A DNA stretch of 64,000 nt, taken from Longimicrobiales bacterium. GTDB taxonomy: Bacteria; Gemmatimonadota; Gemmatimonadetes; Longimicrobiales; Gaopeijiaceae. A program made the position numbers and the translations under genes. Numbering within the stretch: position 1 is the first letter of the stretch; every line of letters begins with the position of its first letter. The stretch spans positions 1,152,001 through 1,216,000 of the forward strand of contig OZ250165.1 in assembly GCA_965238005.1 (NCBI GenBank), in the 5' to 3' direction. Positions 48,351 through 58,163 of the stretch are shown here, piece after piece. The notes below the pieces were generated by a model. It did not search any database and was not told the origin of the DNA. It saw only the letters and a program-made list of their open reading frames with translations.

Positions 48351-49529
48351 ATGTCAGATTCGTTCTACAGCCGTATCGAACCGGTCGACGACTTCGAGGC
48401 CCTCGTCCGCCCGTGGAGCTACGTGCCACTCCCGGAGGACTGGTCCGTAGTGGTGGCGGACATCGCGGATTCCACCGGCGCGATAGAGGCAGGGGACTAC
48501 AAAGCGGTGAACACTGTCGGTGTTTCCGTCATCGCCGCCACCGTAAACGTGCTCAGGCCTGTCGAGATCCCCTACATCTTCGGCGGGGATGGGGCGCGGA
48601 TGTGCATTCCCAGTCGTGCCGCCCCGGGCGTCGCCCGTGCCATGTCCGCCACCACCGCCATTGCGAAGGAGAGCTTCGGCCTGGAGCTGAGGGTCGCCGT
48701 CGTTCCGGTGGCTTACCTCAGAGAGCTTGGGCATGAGGTTCTCGTGGCACGCCATAGGGTTTCTCCACACTACTTCCAGTGTGCCCTTCATGGTGGAGGG
48801 GCGGAGTTCGCCGAGAGGAGCCTGAAGCGGGGAGAGCTCCCCGCCCAATTCCTGATCGAACCGGACCCGTCGGCCGAAGCCGACTACAGCGGCCTCGAGT
48901 GCAGGTGGGGGGAGATCCCCAGTCCGCTTGGCGAAACCGTGGCTGTGATCATCGACGCCACGACCGAAGCGGGTCGGACGCTGGAAGCGTACGGACCGAT
49001 CATGGATCGGATCCGGGCGATCTACGGGGACGCCGATCGGTGCCGGCCCGTCACCGAGGGCGGCCTTCGCGTCACCCTGTCCCGGGCGATTCTGGGCAAC
49101 GAGTCTCGACTGAAGAGGTGGCGGAACGGCCTGTTGGTGCGCATGGCTCACGGGCTGCTCCTGCGCGCCCAGGTGATTCTCGGCTGGTTCCTGCTCCGAT
49201 TCGGGGTACGGACCCGGGATGTCGACTGGGGCACGTACATGGGTGACCTGGTCTCCAACACCGACTTCCGCAAGTTCGACGGGTCCTTGCGGTTGGTCCT
49301 GGCAGGGGGCGCCGAGCAGCGGGAGGAACTCGAGGAGTACCTGAGCGGGCTACGGCGGCGGGGCGAGGTCTCGTTCGGGGTCCACATCGCTCACTCGGCA
49401 CTCATGACCTGTTTGATCGAGCACCGCCAGAGTGCTCACTTCCACTTCGTGGATGCGGCAGGGGGAGGATACGCGGCGGCCGCCCGGGCGTTGAAGGAGA
49501 GCGTCGCCGGAGGTGAGACGGATCAGTGA
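48351..49529 (+). CDS. DUF3095-like protein
   Basis: PLPEDW, ADIADST, GDYKAVN, FGGDGA, GLECRW, DFRKFDG, ALMTC and HFVDAAGGGY. Confidence 0.75.
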   Translation: MSDSFYSRIEPVDDFEALVRPWSYVPLPEDWSVVVADIADSTGAIEAGDYKAVNTVGVSVIAATVNVLRPVEIPYIFGGDGARMCIPSRAAPGVARAMSATTAIAKESFGLELRVAVVPVAYLRELGHEVLVARHRVSPHYFQCALHGGGAEFAERSLKRGELPAQFLIEPDPSAEADYSGLECRWGEIPSPLGETVAVIIDATTEAGRTLEAYGPIMDRIRAIYGDADRCRPVTEGGLRVTLSRAILGNESRLKRWRNGLLVRMAHGLLLRAQVILGWFLLRFGVRTRDVDWGTYMGDLVSNTDFRKFDGSLRLVLAGGAEQREELEEYLSGLRRRGEVSFGVHIAHSALMTCLIEHRQSAHFHFVDAAGGGYAAAARALKESVAGGETDQ

Positions 49530-49702
49530 GCCTGGGCCGCCACGAACAGGGAGCGCCGTAGCACGCCGGTCTGGATCCCTTCCTGCAGCTTCTCGAGCGT
49601 CTCCTGCTCTTCCTCATGCGCGTCGGGGCCACACGTCTCCAGGAGAGGACTGTCACAAGAGCGCCAGTCGATCGTTTAACTATGGAGGTAACGGAACACA
49701 CC

Positions 49703-50125
49703 ATGCTATCCAGTACGAATGACCGTAGATCCGCTCTGGCGCTGGGGTTCGCGGGAATCCTTTCTCTGCTTGCCTGCTCGGACCCCTTCCAGGTCTCCGA
49801 CTCGCTGGGCGAATGGGGCGGGGAGGGCGTGGCGGCTGTGATCGAGACCGGCTCCGCCAGCTTCGAGTTCGACTGTGCCCACGCCTGGGTCCCCGGAGGG
49901 CTCTCCTTCGACGAGGATGGATCGTTCGAGGTCTCGGGGATCTGGGTGCCCGAGGGTGGACCGGTCAGCAACGAAGATCCCCCGGACGAGCTCGAGGCCA
50001 TCTTCCGCGGGAGGATCGGCGGTGCGTCCATGAGCCTGGAAGTGGACATCATCCCGAGAGACCTGACGGCGGGTCCCTACCAGCTCCGGCGCGGTCAGAC
50101 CCCGGTCCTGCGCAAGTGCCTCTGA
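49703..50125 (+). CDS. Hypothetical lipoprotein
   Basis: LLAC lipobox; GEWGG, EFDCAH and C-terminal KCL. Confidence 0.7.
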   Translation: MLSSTNDRRSALALGFAGILSLLACSDPFQVSDSLGEWGGEGVAAVIETGSASFEFDCAHAWVPGGLSFDEDGSFEVSGIWVPEGGPVSNEDPPDELEAIFRGRIGGASMSLEVDIIPRDLTAGPYQLRRGQTPVLRKCL

Positions 50126-50128
50126 GGA

Positions 50129-50700
50129 CTACTCCGCCCGCAACGCTTCCACAGGATCGAGGCGGCTCGCCCTTCTTCCGGGCAGGTAGCTGGCGACGAG
50201 GCCCACGGCACAGAGCACCAGAACCACGCTCCCCAGGATCATGGGGTCGGTGGGCTCCACCTGGTACAGCTGGCTCGTCAGCAGGCGGGTGAGCGCGAGG
50301 GCACCGGCCACACCGACGACGAGCCCGGCCATCACAAGCCTGAACGCCTCCGTGAGGATCTGCCGGAGCATGGCTCCCTGTCCGTCACCGAACGCCATCC
50401 GCACACCCAACTCGGTGGAGCGCTGGCTCACGCCGTAGGACATCACGCCGTAGACACCTACCGCCCACCACGCCGACGATGGTGATCCACCGGTCCGACG
50501 ACTCCATCGTGGTGCGCACTCTCAGCCCCAGTGGATCTTCACCGGGGAAGTGTCGGCGCGCGAAGGTGTTGCTCACCACGGCCACGGGCTCCGTGGTGGC
50601 TCGATCACGGTCTGTGAACCTACGGCCGTTGAGCACGGGGATCCGCATGGTGGAGAAGTACCTGGGCGTTACGATCCGCCAGTCGACCTGGCGGAAACGG
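50129..50700 (-). pseudogene. C-terminal remnants of an ADOP/MacB-FtsX type ABC permease
   Basis: VTPRYFSTMRIP...GRRF...TIVGVV joined out of frame to GVYGVMSY...ELGVRMA...LDPVEALRAE. Confidence 0.78.
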
Positions 50701-50750
50701 AACACTAGGACCCCCTGGTGCCCGCGATGCGGGCCCATGGGATACGCCCG

Positions 50751-51560
50751 CTACGGGGATCGGCCGTCGAGGACCTTGAGCGAGAGCTCCGCCGACGCCC
50801 GGGCCGCACGCAGGACGGCTCGCCACTGGTGGTTTTGGAAGGCCTCTTGGGCTCTCGCGAGAAGCCGGCGAGCCTCGGCCAGAGTTGCCCTCTCGTCGTC
50901 CGTGGGGGCATCACCCACCGCCTCTGTGGCTGCACGGAATGCATGAGCCGCGTGGCGTAATGCCCGTCTGGCGAGGTGAGCGGGCGACAGGGCCCGAATG
51001 ATCTCCGCGGCGATCAGCGCGTGGGAGAGGGCGGCCACGGCTGAATCGGCGTTCGGGGCCGCCGCCAACTGTGTCCGGGCGTGCTCGAGGGCTCGCAGGA
51101 AGCGCTCGGGCACGTCGCGATCGGACACTCGCTCGTCCCAGTGGGCGATGGAGGCCTCGACGCCGGCAATGGCCTCCGCCGCGACGCCCGGACCCAACGC
51201 CGCGATGACCCCCTCGAGGGTGAAGCGGCGGGCCAGACGCAAGAAGCGGAGCGCCTCTGCCTCGTTACTGGCTTCGTGGGCTTCTCGGGCCGCCCTACGG
51301 GCTCGGAGAGCACGTCGGAAGGCGGTGGCGGCTTCGACCTGGGTGTCGTCGGACCTGACGACCTCGAGGGCCTCGTGGACCAGGGAGGGGAGGTGGGGAA
51401 GCCTGGCGTCCGTCGCCTCGACTACGGCGGTTGCTACCGCCTGCGCAGCGACCTCGTCCAGAGCTGCCGTGGGCTCGATCGGCTCCGCTGCCGTCTCGCC
51501 ACACCCCGACAGGGCGACCAAGGTCACCATGGAAAAGACGTATTGGACTCGCCGCCGCAT
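50751..51560 (-). CDS. Hypothetical alanine-rich helical lipoprotein
   Basis: LSGC lipobox, GGGAG RBS and a clear upstream promoter. Confidence 0.7.
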   Translation of the reverse strand: MRRRVQYVFSMVTLVALSGCGETAAEPIEPTAALDEVAAQAVATAVVEATDARLPHLPSLVHEALEVVRSDDTQVEAATAFRRALRARRAAREAHEASNEAEALRFLRLARRFTLEGVIAALGPGVAAEAIAGVEASIAHWDERVSDRDVPERFLRALEHARTQLAAAPNADSAVAALSHALIAAEIIRALSPAHLARRALRHAAHAFRAATEAVGDAPTDDERATLAEARRLLARAQEAFQNHQWRAVLRAARASAELSLKVLDGRSP

Positions 51561-51598
51561 TGCTGCTCCCGGATCGAATGGCCCGCGCGGGTATCCCC

Positions 51599-51627
51599 AT
51601 TGTACCGACGGGGCCGGCTGCCGACAA
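51599..51627 (-). promoter_or_regulatory. Sigma70-type promoter
   Basis: Minus strand TTGTCG-N17-TACAAT, 38 nt upstream of ATG 51560. Confidence 0.55.
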
Positions 51628-51657
51628 AGAATTCCTCCGACGCCGGGGAACCGGCTC

Positions 51658-52638
51658 CTACGGCTCGCCAACCCGGTTCGGCATCCCTACGATGGCGATC
51701 TTGGTGCCGTCGGGACTCACGGCGATGCGGGTGAAAATCAGGTTCATGTGCCTGAGGTCCGCCATGACGCGCCAGTCGGCGTCCACTTCCGGATCCCACC
51801 GGAGGATCTGGCCTCCGGTGGCCATGAGGAGGACTCCCTCCGGCGTCCAGGCGTGGAAGTCGCCACCATCCCGGGTCCGGATCAGTCGCACTATTTCATG
51901 AGTCCCGATGTTCAACTCGCTGATCCATGACTCGTCGTCCGAGACCCGTTCGACGAAGCTCCAGGCGTTCCGATTGGGGATCTTGTGCAAGGATCGGCCC
52001 ACGCTGTTGGCCACGACCTCGGACAGGCCGGTGGTGGCGTCGGCCACCTGCAGCGTCGGCGGTCCTCCGAGGACGAAGAGCAGGAGGTTCTGTTCGTTAC
52101 CCCAGGCGTGATACCCCACTGGGACCACGTCACGTAGGACGACTTCGGCGTCCATGCCCTCCATGGTGAAGCGCCAGAGTCGCTGCGTCGAATCGGCCTC
52201 GACCTGGATTGCCGAAAAGGCCCGATCGCCGGGAATGGGCGTGGGCGAATACTCGCTCTCGGCGGTTCTCGTGATGCGCGTGGTACGCCCGGAGGACAGA
52301 TAGTAGCGATGGATCTCGGTCTGCCCGTCGTCTCCATCGTCGTACGCCGCCGTGTAGAGGATCGACCGGCTATCCGGCGTGAACAGGGGCTGGTTGTCGT
52401 AGGCCTCGGGCCGGTTGGTGACGTTCCGAAGGTCTCCGAGATAGTAGACCTCGTCGAAGACCGAGAGGTCTGTCACGTAGATGTCCGGCTGGGGTGGGGC
52501 CTCCTGGGCCATGACGGATCCGGCCAAAAGGGTCAGCGTCGCGAAGACCGACACGGCGCCGACGGCGCTGACCTTCGAGGGGGGCCTTGCCCAAGGGGTC
52601 GCGCTCTGGGGTGACACTCTTGGAGACGTTTCGATCAT
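51658..52638 (-). CDS. Secreted TolB-like beta-propeller protein
   Basis: Signal peptide; YDNQPLFTPD, SEYSPT, PVGYHAW and RIAVSPDG. Confidence 0.8.
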   Translation of the reverse strand: MIETSPRVSPQSATPWARPPSKVSAVGAVSVFATLTLLAGSVMAQEAPPQPDIYVTDLSVFDEVYYLGDLRNVTNRPEAYDNQPLFTPDSRSILYTAAYDDGDDGQTEIHRYYLSSGRTTRITRTAESEYSPTPIPGDRAFSAIQVEADSTQRLWRFTMEGMDAEVVLRDVVPVGYHAWGNEQNLLLFVLGGPPTLQVADATTGLSEVVANSVGRSLHKIPNRNAWSFVERVSDDESWISELNIGTHEIVRLIRTRDGGDFHAWTPEGVLLMATGGQILRWDPEVDADWRVMADLRHMNLIFTRIAVSPDGTKIAIVGMPNRVGEP

Positions 52639-52989
52639 TGGATCCGGTTGTGGGAGATCCGGTGAGAGAGTTCTCCATTAAGGGCCTGGCGGTCGGTGGC
52701 GCAAGCCCCGCGGGAGGAGGTGGCGTGCATGCAATCTAGCCGAGTCATCATATGGACGTACGTCGCGGCACCGTGGACTGGGGCACCGAGCCGTCACAAA
52801 GCGGTGTGATCATTCGTTTAGAAGGTACGTCGGGAATCGCTCGGAAGTGCCGGGAACCCGTCTTACGAAACCCGAACCCTCATCCTGGGGTTGGGTATCC
52901 ACGGATCATCAGAGGGACCGTGACGTGGTGAATCAAGTGGAAGCAGCGAACCGCATAGATGAGCCGTGGCCGGCGGGAGGTGAGGTGTG

Positions 52990-53470
52990 ATGGGTCACCA
53001 GAGGAACCGTGTTGCAGAGAAAGGGAAGGGAAGCCGAGTCCGGAGCCTCGTGGTGCCACTCACCCTTGTGGTCTTGCTGGCGCCTACTGGGTGCAGCTCC
53101 GATCCCACCCGCCCGGGGGAGGATGAGCTGCTCCAAGCTCTCTTCGGGACCTGGTCGTGGATCCGGGCCACGGGTGGGATCGCCGGCACCACCCGAACGC
53201 CCCAGAGCGAGGGATACACGCGGACCCTCACCTTCACCCCCCCCGAACCAGGTAGAAATGTTCCGGGACGGGGTCCCGGAAGTGACGACCACCTTCGAGT
53301 TCGTCCCCTTGATGGACAACGGCTCGACGGTACGCTCCGCGCAGTTACTCTACGCCCAACCCCTCACCGGCTTCGACGAACAGTGGGTGGAGATCACCGA
53401 AGCCGGTGACCTGGTTCTCTCCGATCCGTGCTGCGACGGCTTCGTATACGAGTGGCGTCGGGCGCAGTGA
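52990..53470 (+). pseudogene. Lipoprotein frameshifted at a C8 tract (53237-53244)
   Basis: PTGC...GTWSWIRATGGIAG...TFTPP continues as NQVEMFRDG...DPCCDGF if one C is removed. Confidence 0.7.
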
Positions 53471-53534
53471 ATACTACACCTGTGCAATCAGAGGGGCCTG
53501 TGGCCGCATCGTAGGCCGAGGCACCCCCCGGTGG

Positions 53535-54344
53535 CTACCTGGTGTTCGTGGAGCGGAGGGTCTCCGTCAGGCCCTGATCGTGGAAGATGATGGCGTGAAC
53601 CGTTCGGGGGCCGTGAACGCCCAGGGTCAGCGTCAGCTCGATGTCCGCCGACTTGCTGGGTCCCGTGATCAAGGTGAGCTGAGAACCGTCGCGCAGGGTC
53701 TGGTCCAACCGTCCGTCTTCCCTGAGAGACGCGATCCACCCTTCCGCGCTACCGTGGATTCGGCTGGTGGGGACCAAGACGATGTGATGTAACGGCAACA
53801 GGCTGGCCACTCGACTCCGGCCGGGGCCGGCACCCACCACCAAGGTACCGGTGCTCGCCAGAGCGGCATCGACCGCGGTGACGCCGACTGCTGCGCCCGC
53901 GGCATCCCTTCGCTGCTTCGGATCATGGAGGTCGTCGGGCACGATCACCGAGATGCCCGCCCGACCCAAGCGCTCCGTGAGATCTTGGACGCCTAGGGCG
54001 TCTGGAGCCCAGGCCAGAGCCCTCGCGAAGGAAAGGCCGTCCGCTGAGCCGGCTTCGCGCAGCGCCGCGATGCGCGCCAGGACCCGATCCCCGACGGCGT
54101 CCGCTCCTTCGACGATCTCGTGGCTCCCCAGCACGGCGTCCAGGCTGGCCCCAAACCGTTCGGCCAAAGCCCGGGAATCGCCGCCGGCATGTGTGAGAGG
54201 CGTGGGTGGCCCGGGGAGGGGCTCCCCGGACCCGGGTACCTTGAACGCTGCCGAGGGATCGGCGAGACCTTCTCGAAGCCGCCCGAGAATCCACGCTCGC
54301 GTCTGGGCCGACGCCCCGCCTGTCGCCTGCGCAGAGTCGCTCAT
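53535..54344 (-). CDS. lutC: Lactate utilization protein C (LUD domain)
   Basis: ALASTGT, SLLPLHH and ITGPSKSADIELTLTLGVHGP. Confidence 0.88.
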   Translation of the reverse strand: MSDSAQATGGASAQTRAWILGRLREGLADPSAAFKVPGSGEPLPGPPTPLTHAGGDSRALAERFGASLDAVLGSHEIVEGADAVGDRVLARIAALREAGSADGLSFARALAWAPDALGVQDLTERLGRAGISVIVPDDLHDPKQRRDAAGAAVGVTAVDAALASTGTLVVGAGPGRSRVASLLPLHHIVLVPTSRIHGSAEGWIASLREDGRLDQTLRDGSQLTLITGPSKSADIELTLTLGVHGPRTVHAIIFHDQGLTETLRSTNTR

Positions 54345-55819
54345 CCCGCCTCCGTGCCCTGGTCGTGCCCGTCGGCCTCCACACCGCCGCGCCGCCCCGC
54401 CCTACCGAGCTTCCACAGCTCCCTGAACGTCCTCTTCGGTGGAACGGGGAACACCCGGGTGCGGGTCCATGCGGCGAGGGGCGGGGGCAAGGCGGATATG
54501 TGTCCTACGCGTCGCCCCAGCAGCCGGCCGAAGAAGCGTCCCACCCGCGTGGCGAAGCGGTACCGGCGCGGACCATGCAAGGGCAGCGTGAGCGCTTTCA
54601 CGGAAGCTCGTGCCGCCAGGCTCGATTCACCCCGTGCCGTCAGATCACCTCGGAGCTCGAGGAGCAGTCGGGGGAGATCGATCTTCACGGGGCAGGCGTC
54701 CTTGCACGCGCCGCAGAGCGAGCTGGCGAACGGGAGCTCTCTGCCCGTGTGCGAGTCGTCCCCCCTGGCCTCGGCCAGCAATGGGGTGAGGATTGACCCA
54801 ATGGGCCCGGAATAGGGGGTCCGACCGTAGGCGTGCCCACCGATCTCCCGGTAGACGGGACATACGTCCAGACACGCTCCACAGCGGATGCAGAGGAGTG
54901 CGTCGGCGTATCCGCGCATGAGCACGCCCGAGCGCCCGTTGTCGACGAGGACGACGTGCATTTCCTGGGGCCCGTCGGCGTGATCTGAAGGACGTGGGCC
55001 GCTTGTCAATGAGAAGTAGACCGAGACGTCCTGCCCCGTCGCGTTTCTCGTCGTGGCCTGCCAGAGAAGCACCGCGTCCTCCAGCTTCTCCACGACCTTC
55101 TCGATCCCGACCACGACGACATATATCCGGGGGAGGCTGGTCACCATGCGGCCGTTCCCCTCGTTCGTGATCAAGCAGATGGTGCCGCTCTCGGTCACGG
55201 CGAAGTTGCAGCCGCTGATCCCCATCTGCGCCCCGAGGAATCGTCGTCGCAGCTCCCCTCGTGCCGTGGCACACATGACCGCCGGGTCCAGGGTCGGCTC
55301 CATCCCCAGTTCCCGTTCGAAGACTCTCGCCACGTCCTCGGCACGCTTGTGAATGACGGGAGCGACGATGTGGCTGGGCGGCTCGTCGTCGAGCTGGATG
55401 ATGTACTCCCCGAGGTCCGTCTCGACGATGTCGATCCCGGCCTCCTCCAGGGCTTGGTTGAGCCCGATCTCTTCGGTGACCATGGACTTGGATTTGACCG
55501 CACTCTCCACTCCCCCGCGCCGGGCGATCTCCACTACTGCGCGGTTCGCCTCGGCGGCATCTCGAGCCCAATGCACCGTGCATCCGTTTCGAGCGAGGTT
55601 GCCCTCCAGCTCCTCCAGAAGCTCTGGGAGACGCCGGATGGCCCTTTCACGGACGGATCGGCTCTCGGCCCGCATCACTTCGGCGTTCACCGCGGCCAGC
55701 GCGGTCAGGCGTCTCTGCGCGAGCTGCCCGGTAGCCCGGTCCAGGGCGGTCTTGAGGTCGGTGTCCGCCAGGGCTTGCTTGACCCGGGTCCGGTAGGGCG
55801 CGTCGATGTCGATCTTCAC
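54341..55819 (-). CDS. lutB: Lactate utilization protein B (Fe-S)
   Basis: KSKSMVTEEI, ETDLGEYI, NEGNGR, CIRCGACLDVCP and SLCGACKDACP; GTG 55819 overlaps the lutA stop. Confidence 0.92.
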   Translation of the reverse strand: MKIDIDAPYRTRVKQALADTDLKTALDRATGQLAQRRLTALAAVNAEVMRAESRSVRERAIRRLPELLEELEGNLARNGCTVHWARDAAEANRAVVEIARRGGVESAVKSKSMVTEEIGLNQALEEAGIDIVETDLGEYIIQLDDEPPSHIVAPVIHKRAEDVARVFERELGMEPTLDPAVMCATARGELRRRFLGAQMGISGCNFAVTESGTICLITNEGNGRMVTSLPRIYVVVVGIEKVVEKLEDAVLLWQATTRNATGQDVSVYFSLTSGPRPSDHADGPQEMHVVLVDNGRSGVLMRGYADALLCIRCGACLDVCPVYREIGGHAYGRTPYSGPIGSILTPLLAEARGDDSHTGRELPFASSLCGACKDACPVKIDLPRLLLELRGDLTARGESSLAARASVKALTLPLHGPRRYRFATRVGRFFGRLLGRRVGHISALPPPLAAWTRTRVFPVPPKRTFRELWKLGRAGRRGGVEADGHDQGTEAG

Positions 55820-56610
55820 GCGAGGCCCTCGTCGTCGCCTGCCAAGAGCTCCGCGATGTGAACGGCGCGGCATCGATGGCCGCCTCGCACGAGGATTCCG
55901 TTGAGGTGGGTCATGCAACCCACGTCGCCCACTGCCACGACCTGAGCCCCCGAGGCGTCCAGGTGCCGGGCCTTGCGGCGACCCATCTCGGTGCTGATCT
56001 CCGAGTTCAAGACCGCAAAGGCGCCGCCAAAGCCACAGCACTCCTCGGACTCCTCGAGATCGACGAGCTCCCCACCCTCGAGGCTCTCGAGAAGCGTGCG
56101 CGGTTGGCGGTCGACCCTGAGCTCCCTCAGCAGGTGGCAGCACGCGTGATACGTGATGGACCGGGTCGATTTCGTTCCCGTGGTTTCCACTCCCAGAGCG
56201 TCCACGAGATACTCGGTGAGCTCGTGGGTGCGGTCGCCTACCAGCCGGGCCCGCTCACGAGTCTCCTTGGGCGCCCCCCCTTCCAGGAGAATCCGGAAGG
56301 AGTGCTTCACGTAGGCCACGCAGCTTCCGGACGGAGCAACGATGGCATCGACCTCGCCGCCTTCGACGAGGGGACCGAACACGTCGAGAAAGCTCAGGGC
56401 AAGCTTACGTGCCTCCTTCCAATGTCCCGAGGTGAAGGCCGGCTGGCCGCAGCACGTCTGGTTTTCGGGAAAGACGACCTCGGCGCCGTGCCGCTCCAGA
56501 AGCTCGACGGACGCCATGCCGACGCGCGGATACATCGCGTCCACCATGCACGTGACGAAGAGCGCGACCCTGGGCCGGGGGTTATCGGATTGTGGCGTGG
56601 GATGGACCAT
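55816..56610 (-). CDS. lutA: Lactate utilization protein A (CCG domains)
   Basis: LFVTCMVD, QTCCGQP, SGSC, YHACCH and ECCGFGG. Confidence 0.92.
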   Translation of the reverse strand: MVHPTPQSDNPRPRVALFVTCMVDAMYPRVGMASVELLERHGAEVVFPENQTCCGQPAFTSGHWKEARKLALSFLDVFGPLVEGGEVDAIVAPSGSCVAYVKHSFRILLEGGAPKETRERARLVGDRTHELTEYLVDALGVETTGTKSTRSITYHACCHLLRELRVDRQPRTLLESLEGGELVDLEESEECCGFGGAFAVLNSEISTEMGRRKARHLDASGAQVVAVGDVGCMTHLNGILVRGGHRCRAVHIAELLAGDDEGLA

Positions 56611-56786
56611 GCAACACAACATGCCCTTCCAACCGCGCCGACGCGAGGCCGTGGCATGTGGGCCGCAGAAAGGTCGTTCGTCTTGGTATGACGGACCTTT
56701 CTCGTATATTTCCATCTGCCCCGACTACTGAGCCCCACGGTCCGCTACTGGACCGTGAGGTACACGTACGCCCGAACTACGGAGCC

Positions 56787-58163
56787 ATGAACCCGGCAGA
56801 TACCGTCGTGGCCGCACCGACACACCTCGTCACCGTGACTGCACAAGCCATGGGTGCCGATCCCATGCTCTTCCTTCGGCAGGCGAAGGGCGGGCCTCGC
56901 GGGTTCTGGGCCAGGGCCGATCGCTGGTTGGCCCACTCCGGCGCCGTTGCCACGCTTTCGGTAGACGGCCATGCCTCGACGGACCGCTTTTCCGCCATCG
57001 AGGCCGAGGCACGCGCTCTGTTGGAAGCTGCTCCTGTCACGGGCAGTGAACGGACAGCTCTGAGCCGGTTCTACGGCGGCTTCTCCTTCCGCTCCGACCA
57101 CTCCGCCGTCGATCTCTGGGCCGGGTTCACCCCCGCGCTCTTCCACCTACCTGAGTTGGAGCTGGAGGGTAGGGGCCGCCGACCCCCGCGTCTGACGGTC
57201 CGGACCGTGGTCGGTCCCGACGAAGGCGAGGTGGATTCCGCGCTGAGCCTGCTGTCGACGCGGGCCGGGCGGATTTCCGAGAGGCTCCGAGAGCTTTCGC
57301 GCAGTGAGAACGGGCCACCTCCGACCATGCCCACCACCCGAGCCGAATCGGAGCGCAGCGCGTGGGACTCCGCCGTCACCGACGCACTGGCGGCCATCGC
57401 CGGAGGGGGTGTGTCCAAGGTGGTGCTGGCGCGCACCCTGGACGTCGTCACCGAAGAACGCGTGGATCCGGTCGAAGTCGTGCGACACCTCTGGGAGGAG
57501 AACCGCGGAAGCCATGTCTTCCTCTTCGAGCCGGCCGACGGGTGTCCGCTCGTGGGAGCGGCGCCGGAGACTGTGGCGACCATGTTCCGGGGTGCATTCC
57601 ACGCCACTGCCGTTGCCGGAACGGTCGCCCGCGGCGAAACGCCCGAGGAGCAGCAAGCCCTGGCGGTGCGCCTGCTGGCAAGCGAGAAGGACGGAGTCGA
57701 GCACCGTATCGCCCTCGACGACATGGTGGCCCGCCTGGGTCCGCTGGCCCACGAGGTGCACGCGCAGCCCGAGCCCCACGTTCTCACGCTGGCGCGGATA
57801 CAACACCTCGAGACTGAGATCCGGGCGAGCGTGCCGGAAGGCACGTCGGTTTTAACCGTGCTCGAGGCTCTTCATCCCACGCCAGCCGTCTGCGGGCTTC
57901 CCCGGGACGATGCCCTTGCGTTTCTGAGTCGCGAGGAACCGTTCGAGCGTGGCTGGTATGCGGGGCCTGTGGGCTGGTTCGACCTGGAGGGCAACGGGGT
58001 CTTCGCTCCGGCGCTCCGCTGCGCAGTGGCCCACGACCATCAGTGGCGGCTGTTCGCCGGAGCCGGCATCGTGGCCGGCTCGGACCCCGGCCTCGAATGG
58101 GAGGAGACCAGCATCAAGTTCGAACCGGTTCTCCGAGCCCTGGCGGCAAGCGGGGCGCAATGA
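56787..58163 (+). CDS. menF: Isochorismate synthase
   Basis: KVVLAR, PE, AGT, KDGVEH, HPTPAVCG, RGWYAG and AGAGIVAGS. Confidence 0.9.
   Translation: MNPADTVVAAPTHLVTVTAQAMGADPMLFLRQAKGGPRGFWARADRWLAHSGAVATLSVDGHASTDRFSAIEAEARALLEAAPVTGSERTALSRFYGGFSFRSDHSAVDLWAGFTPALFHLPELELEGRGRRPPRLTVRTVVGPDEGEVDSALSLLSTRAGRISERLRELSRSENGPPPTMPTTRAESERSAWDSAVTDALAAIAGGGVSKVVLARTLDVVTEERVDPVEVVRHLWEENRGSHVFLFEPADGCPLVGAAPETVATMFRGAFHATAVAGTVARGETPEEQQALAVRLLASEKDGVEHRIALDDMVARLGPLAHEVHAQPEPHVLTLARIQHLETEIRASVPEGTSVLTVLEALHPTPAVCGLPRDDALAFLSREEPFERGWYAGPVGWFDLEGNGVFAPALRCAVAHDHQWRLFAGAGIVAGSDPGLEWEETSIKFEPVLRALAASGAQ

Noticed and set aside
52680..52985. 300-bp intergenic region with TCACA-N6-TGTGA (52794-52809) and a weak hairpin
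   Set aside because: Half-sites are reversed relative to a CRP/FNR box and no riboswitch consensus is recognisable; too weak without a covariance search
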